From: an uncultured Chloroflexia bacterium
GTDB lineage: Bacteria > Chloroflexota > Limnocylindria > Limnocylindrales > CSP1-4
Assembly: GCA_963768655.1 (NCBI GenBank)
Contig: CAVYIM010000006.1
Span: forward strand, 246,895-310,894
Length of the DNA: 64,000 nucleotides
Direction of reading: 5' to 3'
The notes under the pieces were generated by a model that was not told the origin of the DNA, made no database searches, and saw only the letters and a list, made by a program, of their open reading frames with translations. The position numbers and the translations under genes were made by a program. Shown piece after piece: positions 1 to 9,288 of this stretch; the first letter of the stretch is position 1, and each line of letters begins with the position of its first letter.

Positions 1-2
1 AC

Positions 3-794
3 CTGGGCTACACGTGCATGGACAATCTGCCCGGCGAGCTTCTGCCGGCACTCGCGGAGCTCGTCTCGGAGGATCGACAGCGTTTCGATCGCGTGGCGAT
101 CGTCCTGGACGTGCGCGCCGGAGACGCGCCGCTCGCCCTGGCCGCGATGCGCGGGGCTCTGGAGGGGCGCGGCATCAAGCCGCGCGTGGTCTTCCTCGAA
201 GCCCGCGACGAGGTGCTGATCCGGCGTTTCTCCGAGACGCGGCATCGCCACCCGCTGGCCGGCCGGCGCGGCATCGCCGGCTCGATCGCCGAGGAGCGAC
301 GTCTCCTCGATCCAATTCGGGCCGAGTCGGACATCGTCGTCGACACCTCGGATCTGTCGCTCCGCCAGCTAAAGGAGCGCATCTTCGCCCATCTATCCGA
401 TAGCGCGTCCGACGAGGGGATCGTCTTTCAGCTGATCAGCTTCGGCTTCAAGTACGGCGTGCCGTTGGAGGCGGACCTCGTCTTCGACGTTCGGTTCATG
501 GAGAACCCGTACTACGTGGACGAGCTTCGACACCTGTCGGGCCTGACGCCGGCCGTGCGCGACTACGTCATGGGCCAGCCGATCGCCCAGCAGTTCTTCG
601 ACTTCCTGGCTCGTTTCCTGGATCTGACGGTCCCAGGCTTCAAGAGCGAGGGCAAGACACGCCTCACCGTGGCCATCGGTTGCACCGGCGGCTACCACCG
701 CTCAATCGTCATCGCCGAGCAGCTGCGAGGCTGGCTCGAGAAGCGTGGCTACGGCACCGTGGCGGTCTTCCATCGGGAGCTGGAGCGCGAATGA
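3..794 (+). CDS. rapZ: RNase adapter RapZ/YvcJ (5' end lies before the window)
   Basis: LGYTCMDNLP, RRFSETRHRHPL, SFGFKYGVPLEADLVFDVRF and AIGCTGGYHRS motifs; frame is open from the window edge. Confidence 0.95.
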   Translation: MGYTCMDNLPGELLPALAELVSEDRQRFDRVAIVLDVRAGDAPLALAAMRGALEGRGIKPRVVFLEARDEVLIRRFSETRHRHPLAGRRGIAGSIAEERRLLDPIRAESDIVVDTSDLSLRQLKERIFAHLSDSASDEGIVFQLISFGFKYGVPLEADLVFDVRFMENPYYVDELRHLSGLTPAVRDYVMGQPIAQQFFDFLARFLDLTVPGFKSEGKTRLTVAIGCTGGYHRSIVIAEQLRGWLEKRGYGTVAVFHRELERE

Positions 795-2149
795 GGTTAC
801 CCCGCCTTCGGAACATTGCTTCCATCGTGAGACGGTGGATGAGGTTGGGGGTCGGGGTCAAGCGCTGGCTGTTGCTGGTCTTCGTCGGGGAGCTCGGCCT
901 GGCCCTGGCGGGGGCGCTGTGGCTGCGTCAGGTCTATCGCGATTTCGTCGTGACCGGGCCGCCGCAGGCATTCCTCTCGGCCATCACACTGCAGTTCCTT
1001 CCCTACGGGATTCGAGCCGTGATCGTCGGAGCCGCGGGTGTCGCCCTCTTCGCCTTCGGCGCCTGGCGGATGGTTCGCGTGCTGGTGACCCCGTTCGTGC
1101 CCGCCGAGGCGGATCAGCCCCTGGTCGACCTGATCTACCAGAAGCGTTTGCTGGCCCGCGGGCCGAGGATCGTCGTGCTTGGCGGCGGGACCGGCCTGTC
1201 CACGCTGCTGCGCGGTCTGAAGACACGCACGAGCAACATCACGGCGGTGGTCACGGTGGCGGACGACGGTGGGTCGTCCGGCCGGCTGCGCGAATCTCTC
1301 GGCATCCCCGCCGTCGGCGACATTCGAAACTGCATCGTCGCTCTGGCCGATGCCGAGCCGCTCATGGGCGAGCTGCTGCAATACCGCTTCCCGGGGGACG
1401 ATGCCGATGCGCTCGGCGGCCACACCATCGGCAATCTACTTCTGGCCGCGATGGCCTCGGTGCAGGGCGGCGATTTCGAAGAGGGCGTGCGTCAGATGAA
1501 TAGGGTTCTGGCGGTCCGAGGGCAGGTCGTTCCGGCGACGGCGACGGCGGTCACGCTTCACGCCAGCCTGGTCGACGGTTCCGAAGTGGTGGGCCAGTCC
1601 GCGATCGCCAAATCGACCGGCATAGACCGAGTCTGGTTCACGCCGGAGGACGTGGTTGCGTGTGAGGACGCGCGCAAGGCGATCGGTGAGGCCGAGCTGA
1701 TCGTCATCGGGCCCGGGAGCCTCTACACGAGCATCCTCCCGAGCCTTCTTGTGCCGGGCATCATCGGCGCCGTCCGCGCCTCGCAGGCGCTCCGAATCTT
1801 CGTCTGCAACGTCGCCACCCAGCCCGGCGAAACGCAGGGCTACGATCTGGCGGACCACCTGGCAGCGGTCGAACGGCACACCAGCCCGGGGCTCCTCGAC
1901 GTGGTCCTGGCGAACAATCAGTTCGGGGCCAGGCGGCCGGGCGCCTACTCGGCCGAACCGGTCCGGCTGCGCTGGCCCCCGGCATCCGTCTGGCCGCAGT
2001 CGAACACGCCGCGCCTGGTGTTAGACGACGTCGTCGATCCGGACAACGCCCACCACCACGATCCGGCCCGACTGGCGGCCGCGATCATGAAGATCTACGA
2101 GCGCGAATCTCTCGGGCGCCGCCGATTGCGACCTGCGCGGACGGCGTGA
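791..2149 (+). CDS. yvcK: YvcK/CofD-like gluconeogenesis factor with N-terminal TM helices
   Basis: GGGTGL, VTVADDGGSSGRLR and GPGSLYTSILP motifs; ATG overlaps the rapZ stop (ATGA). Confidence 0.93.
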   Translation: MRLPRLRNIASIVRRWMRLGVGVKRWLLLVFVGELGLALAGALWLRQVYRDFVVTGPPQAFLSAITLQFLPYGIRAVIVGAAGVALFAFGAWRMVRVLVTPFVPAEADQPLVDLIYQKRLLARGPRIVVLGGGTGLSTLLRGLKTRTSNITAVVTVADDGGSSGRLRESLGIPAVGDIRNCIVALADAEPLMGELLQYRFPGDDADALGGHTIGNLLLAAMASVQGGDFEEGVRQMNRVLAVRGQVVPATATAVTLHASLVDGSEVVGQSAIAKSTGIDRVWFTPEDVVACEDARKAIGEAELIVIGPGSLYTSILPSLLVPGIIGAVRASQALRIFVCNVATQPGETQGYDLADHLAAVERHTSPGLLDVVLANNQFGARRPGAYSAEPVRLRWPPASVWPQSNTPRLVLDDVVDPDNAHHHDPARLAAAIMKIYERESLGRRRLRPARTA

Positions 2150-2186
2150 TCGGGCCGGGTGGCGTAGTGACTCCGGGGGCGCTGGC

Positions 2187-3095
2187 TTGACCACGGCGGA
2201 GCGCGATCTGGCGGAGGCTCTGCGGGCCGAGCTGGCGGCGATCGATCCGCCCCGGCGGTGCTGCCGCCAGGCCGAAACGATTGGCCTAGAGGGCGCCTTC
2301 GAACCTCGACGCCGGGCCATCGCCAGGCTCGAAGTACGCCTGCGGCGAGCCAGGGCCGAGGCCGCGGCCGACACGTCTCGCGGCGGAGTGGCCCCGCTTC
2401 CTGGCGGAGTCGCCGCGCTTTCTGGCGGAGTCGCCGCAGGCGACTCGCCCTTCGACTGGGCGAGGTCGGCGGAGCATTGCCGAGTCGCATATGTGAGGGG
2501 TCGCTTCCTGGCCCACGGATCGTTGAGCCTGGCCGGCGGGCGAACCCACCTGGAGTTCGTCGTGGGCGCCGATGAAGCCCAGCCGCTGGCGCGCCGCCTC
2601 GGCGAGATGGGGCTCCCGGCTCACTGGCGGCTGCGCCGGGGTCGTGGCGTGGTCACGTGGAAGAGCGCGGAGACCGTGGGCACGTTCCTGCGCATGGTCG
2701 GCGGGGGAGCGGCGCTGCTCGAGCTGGAGGCCCGTCAGGTGTCACGTTCGGTGCGCGGCGACCTCAACCGCGTCATCAACGCCGAATCGGCCAACCTGCA
2801 GAGGGCTGTCGCGGCGGCCGCCCGCCAGCTGGAGGCGATCGACGCCGTCGAAGCCGACGGGCGGCTGGCCCGCCAGTCGAACCTGGTCCGCCTGGTGGCC
2901 GACATCCGGCGCGAGATCCCCGAGGCCACCTTCACGGAGCTGGCGGAGCGGCTGCAGATCCACCGCTCGGCCGTGCAGCGCGCCCTGGACCGCATCGAAT
3001 TCCTGGCGCTTCACGCCGACGAGGGAGTGGGGCAGCGCTCGCGATCTCGCGGTGGGGCTGTGTCAGGCCGGCGCGGTCGCGGCGGGGCCGACTGA
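2187..3095 (+). CDS. whiA: DNA-binding protein WhiA
   Basis: RGRFLAHGSLS and NRVINAESANL motifs, C-terminal HTH; conserved rapZ-yvcK-whiA order. Confidence 0.88.
   Translation: MTTAERDLAEALRAELAAIDPPRRCCRQAETIGLEGAFEPRRRAIARLEVRLRRARAEAAADTSRGGVAPLPGGVAALSGGVAAGDSPFDWARSAEHCRVAYVRGRFLAHGSLSLAGGRTHLEFVVGADEAQPLARRLGEMGLPAHWRLRRGRGVVTWKSAETVGTFLRMVGGGAALLELEARQVSRSVRGDLNRVINAESANLQRAVAAAARQLEAIDAVEADGRLARQSNLVRLVADIRREIPEATFTELAERLQIHRSAVQRALDRIEFLALHADEGVGQRSRSRGGAVSGRRGRGGAD
2382..2438 (+). repeat. 21-bp tandem repeat (~2.7 copies) inside whiA
   Basis: GGCGGAGT starts at 2382, 2403 and 2424; encodes GGVAPLP/GGVAALS/GGVAA. Confidence 0.8.
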
Positions 3096-3178
3096 CACTC
3101 CCGCGGGGCCCGTCGGTCCAGGACCGATGGGCCGAGTGTCCCTCCGGCACATCGTCGCGCTCTGTCATCATTGCGGAC

Positions 3179-3979
3179 ATGAGACCCCTGATCATTGCCG
3201 CCAACTGGAAGATGAACACCACCCCCGCGGACGCTGGAGAGCTGGCCGCGACAATCGCCGCCCGCACCGAGGAGCCGGGCGTCATTCGAGTCATCTGCCC
3301 ACCCTACGTATGCCTGGCCGCGGTTCGGGACGCGCTGGCCGGCAAGAACGTCGCCGTCGGCGCCCAGAACGTGCATCACGAACAGGGCGGCGCCTACACC
3401 GGCGAGATCTCCGCCTCGATGCTGGCCGGGCTGGCCACGTGGGTCATCATCGGTCACTCCGAGCGACGCCGCGACGAATTCGAGAGCGACGAGCTTATCG
3501 GCAAGAAGCTGGCCCGCGCCATCAGCGCCGGACTGCGGCCGATCCTGTGCGTCGGCGAGCTTCTCGCCGAGCGCGAGGCCGGCCGCGCGGTCGAGGTCGT
3601 GGCCACTCAGCTGCGTGGCGCCCTGGCGGGCAAGGACGTCGAGGCGCTCATGGCCGCTGGCTTCGTCATCGCCTATGAGCCCGTGTGGGCCATCGGTACC
3701 GGCCGCACGGCCTCCAGCGCGGATGCCGCGGCCATGGCGGAGGCCATCCGTTCGACCCTCGCCGCCGACCTCGGTTGGGGCAGGTTGGCGGAGGAGGTGC
3801 CGGTCCTGTACGGCGGCAGCGTCACCAGCGCGAACATCGGCGAGTTCCTGGCCGAGCACTCCATCGACGGCGCTCTGGTCGGCGGCGCGTCTCTCAAGCC
3901 CGACGAGATGGCCGGGATGGTGGCACGCGCCGCGATGACCGCGAAGGCTCGCTCCCGCGCCGAAGGGGAGCCGGCATGA
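3179..3979 (+). CDS. tpiA: Triosephosphate isomerase
   Basis: AANWKMN, IIGHSERR, AYEPVWAIGTG, LYGGSV and LVGGASL motifs. Confidence 0.97.
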   Translation: MRPLIIAANWKMNTTPADAGELAATIAARTEEPGVIRVICPPYVCLAAVRDALAGKNVAVGAQNVHHEQGGAYTGEISASMLAGLATWVIIGHSERRRDEFESDELIGKKLARAISAGLRPILCVGELLAEREAGRAVEVVATQLRGALAGKDVEALMAAGFVIAYEPVWAIGTGRTASSADAAAMAEAIRSTLAADLGWGRLAEEVPVLYGGSVTSANIGEFLAEHSIDGALVGGASLKPDEMAGMVARAAMTAKARSRAEGEPA

Positions 3980-5583
3980 GCGCACCGAGCACCGGCAGCG
4001 GCGCCGCTGCGAAGCGCCCGCGGCCGATCGTTCTGGTAGTCCTGGACGGCTTCGGCATCGGCCACGATCCCGCCGTCGATGCCATCGCCCAGGCCCACAT
4101 GCCCAACTGGATCGAATTCCTGGAGCGTTGGCCGCATTGTTCCCTGGAGGCGTCCGAGGAGTTCGTCGGCCTGCCCGAGGGCCAGATGGGCAACTCCGAG
4201 GTCGGCCACCTCAACCTGGGCACCGGCCAGCCGGTCCTGCAGGATCTGCCTCGAATCGACAAAGCGATCTCCAAGGGCGGCTTCTTCAGCCGGCCCGTCC
4301 TGCTGGAGCTGTGCGCCCGGGCGAAGGAAGACGATCACACGCTGCACCTGATAAGCCTGGTCGGTCCCGGCGGCGTCCATGCCAACGACCGTCATCTGGT
4401 CGCCGTTGTCGAGCTCGCCGCCCGGCAGGGCGTCAAGCGGGTCCGCGTCCATGGGCTCCTCGACGGACGCGACACTCCGCCACGATCCGCCATCGAGTTC
4501 GTGCCGGACCTGGAGCGGCGCCTGGCGGCGGTTCACCCGAACGCGAAGATCGCCACGATCGGCGGCCGCTACTACGCCATGGACCGCGACAAGCGCTGGG
4601 AGCGAACGAAGAAGGGCTACGACGCCATCGTGCATGGCGTGGCCGACTTCCATGCCCCTTCGGCCGTCGCCGCCGTGGAGGCGGGCTACGCGCGGGGTGA
4701 GAACGACGAGTTCATCGTTCCCACGGTGATCGACGGCGTCGACCACGGCACGATCGCCGGCGGCGACGCGGTGCTCCACTGCAACTTCCGGGCCGATCGC
4801 GCCCGCCAGCTGTCCCACGCTCTCGCCGACCCCGACTTCAGCGCCTTCGACCGAAATGCGGCCGGGCCGGCGCCGAAGGGAATCCTCTACGCCACGATGA
4901 CCGCCTACGAGGCCGATCTGCCGGTGCAGGTCGTCTTCGGCCCGGAGGTCGTGCCTTCGCTCGCCGAAGCCGTCTCCAAAGCCGGCTGGACCCAGTTCCA
5001 CGTCGCCGAGACGGAGAAGTACGCTCACGTGACCTACTTCTTCAATGGTGGCCGGGAGGCGCCGTGGCCGGGCGAGGATCGTCTGCTCGTGCCGAGCCTC
5101 AAGATCGCGACCTACGACCTGCAGCCGAGCATGGCCGCGGCCGGCGTGTGCGACGCGCTCGTGGCCGCCATTCAGTCGGGCAAGTACGACCTGATCGTGG
5201 CCAATTTCGCGAATCCGGACATGGTCGGTCACACGGGAGTGTGGGCAGCGACTATCAAGGCCTGCGAGACCGTGGACACGTGCCTTGGTCGCGTCGCCGA
5301 CGCGGTCCTGGCTGTGGACGCGGACGATCCCGCTGCACCCGGCGCGGTCATGTTCATCACCGCGGACCACGGCAACGCCGACGAGATGAAGGACGAGGCC
5401 GGCAACCCGGTCACCAAGCATTCCCTCAACCCCGTCCCGTTCCTGGGGATCGGCCGGTACATGCAGAGCCGGCGCCTGCGGGACGGGCGACTCGCCGACG
5501 TTACGCCGACGATCCTGGAGATCGGCGGCTTGAAGCCTTGGCCCGAGGTCACGGGCCATTCCCTGCTCGCGCCCAGGGACTGA
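3976..5583 (+). CDS. gpmI: 2,3-bisphosphoglycerate-independent phosphoglycerate mutase
   Basis: GQMGNSEVGHLN, DGRDTPP, GRYYAMDRD, AETEKYAHVTYFF and TADHGN motifs. Confidence 0.97.
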   Translation: MSAPSTGSGAAAKRPRPIVLVVLDGFGIGHDPAVDAIAQAHMPNWIEFLERWPHCSLEASEEFVGLPEGQMGNSEVGHLNLGTGQPVLQDLPRIDKAISKGGFFSRPVLLELCARAKEDDHTLHLISLVGPGGVHANDRHLVAVVELAARQGVKRVRVHGLLDGRDTPPRSAIEFVPDLERRLAAVHPNAKIATIGGRYYAMDRDKRWERTKKGYDAIVHGVADFHAPSAVAAVEAGYARGENDEFIVPTVIDGVDHGTIAGGDAVLHCNFRADRARQLSHALADPDFSAFDRNAAGPAPKGILYATMTAYEADLPVQVVFGPEVVPSLAEAVSKAGWTQFHVAETEKYAHVTYFFNGGREAPWPGEDRLLVPSLKIATYDLQPSMAAAGVCDALVAAIQSGKYDLIVANFANPDMVGHTGVWAATIKACETVDTCLGRVADAVLAVDADDPAAPGAVMFITADHGNADEMKDEAGNPVTKHSLNPVPFLGIGRYMQSRRLRDGRLADVTPTILEIGGLKPWPEVTGHSLLAPRD

Positions 5584-5711
5584 CACGGCCCCCATCGCAC
5601 GACGCGGCCTCCCCAGCTCGCGGCTGGGGCTCACGGCCGGGAGGCCGCGCTGGTGTGCTACCATGCGCCGGTCCGAAGTCAGGCGACGACAGATAGAGGT
5701 TGTAGCTAACC

Positions 5712-5933
5712 GTGAACCCACCCCTGGCCCTAGGCCAAGACCTGGTCGGCATCATGCTGATGCTCGCCATCCTGTTCCAGGCGCGCGGCTCCGGGCTGTC
5801 CGCCACCTTCGGCGGCGACTCCTCCGTCTACCGCAGCCGGCGCGGCGTCGAGCGTCGCCTGTGGCAGTTCACGATCCTGCTGGCGATCATCTTCTGCGTC
5901 TTCTCCGAGGCGAGCTTCGTCCTGCCGCACTGA
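5712..5933 (+). CDS. secG: Preprotein translocase SecG
   Basis: ILFQARGSGLSATFGG...RRGVERRL; two TM helices; follows glycolytic genes. Confidence 0.9.
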   Translation: MNPPLALGQDLVGIMLMLAILFQARGSGLSATFGGDSSVYRSRRGVERRLWQFTILLAIIFCVFSEASFVLPH

Positions 5934-5979
5934 CCCGGCCCGAGCCCGTCTGGGTCAGGCGAAGGACAGTCCCGACCCC

Positions 5980-7767
5980 ATGAAACGCCGTGACCGGTTC
6001 GTCGTCGCCGGCCTTGTCGTGCTGCTGGCGATCGTCGGCGGGGCGATGTACGCCGCGGACTACGGGCAGTCTCCGGAGCCCACCCCCATCTACGCCACTC
6101 CGCCCCCGTCCGTCACCTACCGGGAGGGCGTGATCGGTAGTCCGAGCTCGATCAACCCACTGACGGCGAGCACGCAGGTCGACCGTGACCTGGTGGCGCT
6201 GCTGTTTCGGGGTCTGCTGCGCGCGGGGCCGAACGGCACGCTGCTGCCCGATCTGGCCCGCTCCTGGGCGGTTTCGCCCGACGGCCTGACCTACACGTTC
6301 AACATGAGCACCGACGCCCGCTGGGAGGACGGCCAGCCGGTCACGGCCGCGGACGTCGTCTTCACCGTGGACCTCGCCCAGGACCCCGACTACGACGGTC
6401 CGCTCGGTGGGACCTGGCAGGGGATCAAGGCCACCGCGGTCGGTTCCGACGTCGTTCGCTTCACGTTGCCGACGCCGCTCGGAGGGTTCCTGCGCCAGAC
6501 GTTGCTGCCGATCCTGCCCGAGCACCTGCTCGGCAATACTGACGTCACCGATCTCGCCGACTCGGCCTTCAGCTCCCAGCCAGTCGGCGATGGGCCGTAT
6601 CGAATCGCGGAGATGGACGACACTCACGTCCTGCTGACGCGCGTTCCGGACGTGGCTGCGGCGAGCGACACGGCCACCGCGGGCGCGTCGGCCGGCGCCA
6701 CGGGCGGCGCCACTGCCACCACTGGCTCCGCTGCCTCGGCCAGCGCCACGGCCTCGGCCGCCGCAAGTGTGGGCGCTCTGGCCTCGGCCGGCGCCACGGC
6801 AGCCCCCCAGGGCAACATCGACAACCTCGAGCTGGTCTTCTTCAACGACGAGGCTTCCGCGGTGGCGAGCTTCCAGGCCGGCAACCTCGATGCCGTGGGA
6901 GATCTGACTCCCGAGTCCATTGAAGCGGCCGCGACCCGTGCCGGAGCCAGCCTCACTCGGTATCCGTTGACGAGCCTGTACTCGGTCGTGCTGAACCAGC
7001 GGGCCGCTCATCCTGAATTCGGAACGCTGAGCGCGCGGCAGGGGCTGCTGGCCGCGATCGATCGGTCGACGATCCTGCAGACGGCGCTGCTCGGCCTCGG
7101 GACCGTGGCCGACGGACCGCTTCCGAGCTGGTCGCCGGCCTATGACCCGACCGCGGTGACAGCCACTGCATACAGCACGTCCGACGCCCAGGCGGATCTC
7201 ACCGCCGCCGGCTGGGTCCACGGCCAATCCGGCTGGACGCCGCCGAACGCGACGAGCCAGTACACGATCCAGCTGCTCACGCCGGACCAGTCGACGAGGC
7301 CCGTCACGTACCAGATCGCGGTCGATGTGGCAGCGGACTGGCGCAGCCTCGGGCTCGATGTCAGCTTGCAACCGCTCGATGCCGCCGACTACACGCAGAA
7401 TCTGTCGACGGGTGACTTCGACGCGGCCGTGGTCGACTATCAGCTCGGGCTGGATCCCGACATCAGCCCTCTCCTACTGTCGTCGCAGGCGGCGCCGGCC
7501 GGGTCGAACCTCTCTGGCGTTGCCGACACGACGCTCGACCCGCTCCTGACGGCCGTTCGAACCACTTCCGACCCGGTCACTCGCCAGACCGCCATCTCGG
7601 CCGTCGAGAAGTACGTGACGGCGAACGTCCTCATGCTCCCGATATGCTTCGCCGACTACGAATTTGTCATCTCTGGTCGCGTCCAGGGAGTCGCGCCGAA
7701 CGAAATCGCCGATCCCTCGGGCCGCTATTGGGATGTGCTAGACTGGCGCCTCGCCAGCGACGGGTAG
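5980..7767 (+). CDS. Peptide/nickel ABC substrate-binding protein (family 5)
   Basis: INPL, LFRGLL, PDLARSW...DGLTYTF, WEDGQPVTAADVVFT and PVGDGPY motifs; N-terminal anchor. Confidence 0.9.
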   Translation: MKRRDRFVVAGLVVLLAIVGGAMYAADYGQSPEPTPIYATPPPSVTYREGVIGSPSSINPLTASTQVDRDLVALLFRGLLRAGPNGTLLPDLARSWAVSPDGLTYTFNMSTDARWEDGQPVTAADVVFTVDLAQDPDYDGPLGGTWQGIKATAVGSDVVRFTLPTPLGGFLRQTLLPILPEHLLGNTDVTDLADSAFSSQPVGDGPYRIAEMDDTHVLLTRVPDVAAASDTATAGASAGATGGATATTGSAASASATASAAASVGALASAGATAAPQGNIDNLELVFFNDEASAVASFQAGNLDAVGDLTPESIEAAATRAGASLTRYPLTSLYSVVLNQRAAHPEFGTLSARQGLLAAIDRSTILQTALLGLGTVADGPLPSWSPAYDPTAVTATAYSTSDAQADLTAAGWVHGQSGWTPPNATSQYTIQLLTPDQSTRPVTYQIAVDVAADWRSLGLDVSLQPLDAADYTQNLSTGDFDAAVVDYQLGLDPDISPLLLSSQAAPAGSNLSGVADTTLDPLLTAVRTTSDPVTRQTAISAVEKYVTANVLMLPICFADYEFVISGRVQGVAPNEIADPSGRYWDVLDWRLASDG

Positions 7768-7783
7768 CCCCGCCGCTGTGTGC

Positions 7784-7870
7784 GCCGAGGTGGCGGAATT
7801 GGCAGACGCGCTGGTTTCAGGAGCCAGTGGCCGCAAGGCTGTAGGGGTTCAAATCCCCTCCTCGGCACCA
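7784..7870 (+). tRNA. tRNA-Leu(CAG)
   Basis: GCCGAGG acceptor stem, anticodon arm CTGGT-TTCAGGA-GCCAG, long variable arm, TTCAAAT, 3' CCA. Confidence 0.95.
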
Positions 7871-7912
7871 GGAATCATTCAGGCGGCGCGGAGGCGTCGC
7901 GACAGTGCTCGT

Positions 7913-7997
7913 GCCCAGGTGGCGGAATTGGTATACGCGTACGTTTGAGGGGCGTATGGAGCAATCCATCCGGGTTCAAGTCCCGGCCTGGGCACCA
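7913..7997 (+). tRNA. tRNA-Leu(GAG)
   Basis: GCCCAGG acceptor stem, anticodon arm TACGT-TTGAGGG-GCGTA, variable arm, TTCAAGT, 3' CCA. Confidence 0.95.
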
Positions 7998-8020
7998 CCT
8001 TCACCCTGAACCTGAACTCA

Positions 8021-8069
8021 CGGCCGCGAGGCGGCCTGCGCGAATCGAGACACCGGCCGCGAGGCGGCC
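8021..8069. repeat. Two copies of the 16-bp hairpin CGGCCGCGAGGCGGCC in a tRNA spacer
   Basis: Identical copies at 8021-8036 and 8054-8069; each folds GGCCGC-GAG-GCGGCC. Confidence 0.7.
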
Positions 8070-8091
8070 AGCGCGGCCACCGCGGCTTCCC

Positions 8092-8167
8092 GGGCGGTTA
8101 GCTCAGCGGCTAGAGCGCCTCGTTTACACCGAGGATGTCGCAGGTTCGAATCCTGCACCGCCCACCA
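8092..8167 (+). tRNA. tRNA-Val(TAC)
   Basis: Anticodon arm CCTCG-TTTACAC-CGAGG, GGTTCGAATCC, 3' CCA. Confidence 0.96.
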
Positions 8168-8234
8168 ACCCACATCGGCCACGTCTGCGCCGGTTTCTCG
8201 ATCGGGCTGCGCCCGGTGTTGCCCACGCTCGAAC

Positions 8235-8425
8235 CTGGACATCTGCAAACGGGCGTAGCACGCGACCAGATTGTCTGGGCCGGAATGGGCCGAAACGGCC
8301 TGCGGAACAAGGCTGGCAGCCGTGGCTGAGCGTGGATGTCCATCCCAACCTCAATTCCGAGGCACCGGGCCGTCGCGACGTTCGTCGGAGTCGCCCTCGT
8401 GCTACACGGGTTTGCATATGTCCAG
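8235..8425. repeat. ~190-bp element bounded by 28-bp imperfect inverted repeats (MITE-like or structured RNA)
   Basis: CTGGACATCTGCAAACGGGCGTAGCACG (8235-8262) vs reverse complement of 8398-8425, CTGGACATATGCAAACCCGTGTAGCACG. Confidence 0.7.
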
Positions 8426-8665
8426 ATGCCCCGGCGCCGGGGTTGAAGAGGACTCGCCCGCCGTCGTGCACGTCCAGACCGCCCGGGCAATGGCGCTGCC
8501 GAACCTTCGGCCGGTCCGGCGAGTCGAACGGGCGTGAACGCAACGAGGCGTTCGCCTGCCGGGCGTGTTTCCGTTTGGGCGAACCTTCAGGCGTGGCTCA
8601 GGTAGACGCCTGCTAGACTGACGCCGCACGCTCCTGTGCGGCCCCATCTCCTCGAGGAGGGACAC

Positions 8666-9226
8666 GTGCTCCCGCTCATCATCGTCATCGTCGTACTCGT
8701 AGTCCTGGTCCTGTTCCTGGTCGGCATCTACAACGGTCTCGTAACGAAGCGGAATCGCGTCGATGAGGCGAACTCCCAGATCCAAGTCCAGTTCCAGCGC
8801 CGTCACGACCTGATCCCGAACCTCGTGAACGCGGTGAAGGGCTACATGGACTTCGAAAAGGGAGTCCTCGAGGCCGTCACCACGGCCCGCGCCAACGCCG
8901 TCGCCGCCGGCGCCCAGGGCCCCGTCGCGCAGGGTCAGGCCGAGAACGCGCTGACCGGCACGCTGCGATCCCTCTTCGCGGTCGTCGAGAATTACCCGGA
9001 TCTCAAGGCCAACCAGAACGTGATGTCACTGCAGGAGCAGTTGACTACGACGGAGAATCAGATCTCGTTCTCTCGCCAGCACTACAACGCCACCGTCCTC
9101 GAATACAACAATTCGCTCCAGGTCTTCCCGAACGTGCTCATCGCTGGGCCCATGGGCTTCACGAAGCGTGAGTTCTTCGCGGCCGACGCGGACGCCACGG
9201 CAGTTCCGGTCGTCAATCTCGGGTAG
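8666..9226 (+). CDS. lemA: LemA family protein
   Basis: YNGLV, RRHDLIPNLV, VVENYPDLKANQN and YN...VFPN motifs; SD GAGGAGG before GTG. Confidence 0.95.
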   Translation: MLPLIIVIVVLVVLVLFLVGIYNGLVTKRNRVDEANSQIQVQFQRRHDLIPNLVNAVKGYMDFEKGVLEAVTTARANAVAAGAQGPVAQGQAENALTGTLRSLFAVVENYPDLKANQNVMSLQEQLTTTENQISFSRQHYNATVLEYNNSLQVFPNVLIAGPMGFTKREFFAADADATAVPVVNLG

Positions 9227-9288
9227 CACATCTGGGATCGGAATCGAGGCCGCGCCGCAATTCGTGGCGCGGCTTCACCCCTGAGGCT

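Noticed and set aside
3096-5933. Absence of gap, pgk and eno from the whiA-tpiA-gpmI-secG block
   Set aside because: Ordinary operon reshuffling; these genes are probably elsewhere
7780-8616. ORFs spanning tRNA clusters (also 10302-10691, 10511-10852, 13057-14067)
   Set aside because: Translations of tRNA genes and spacers
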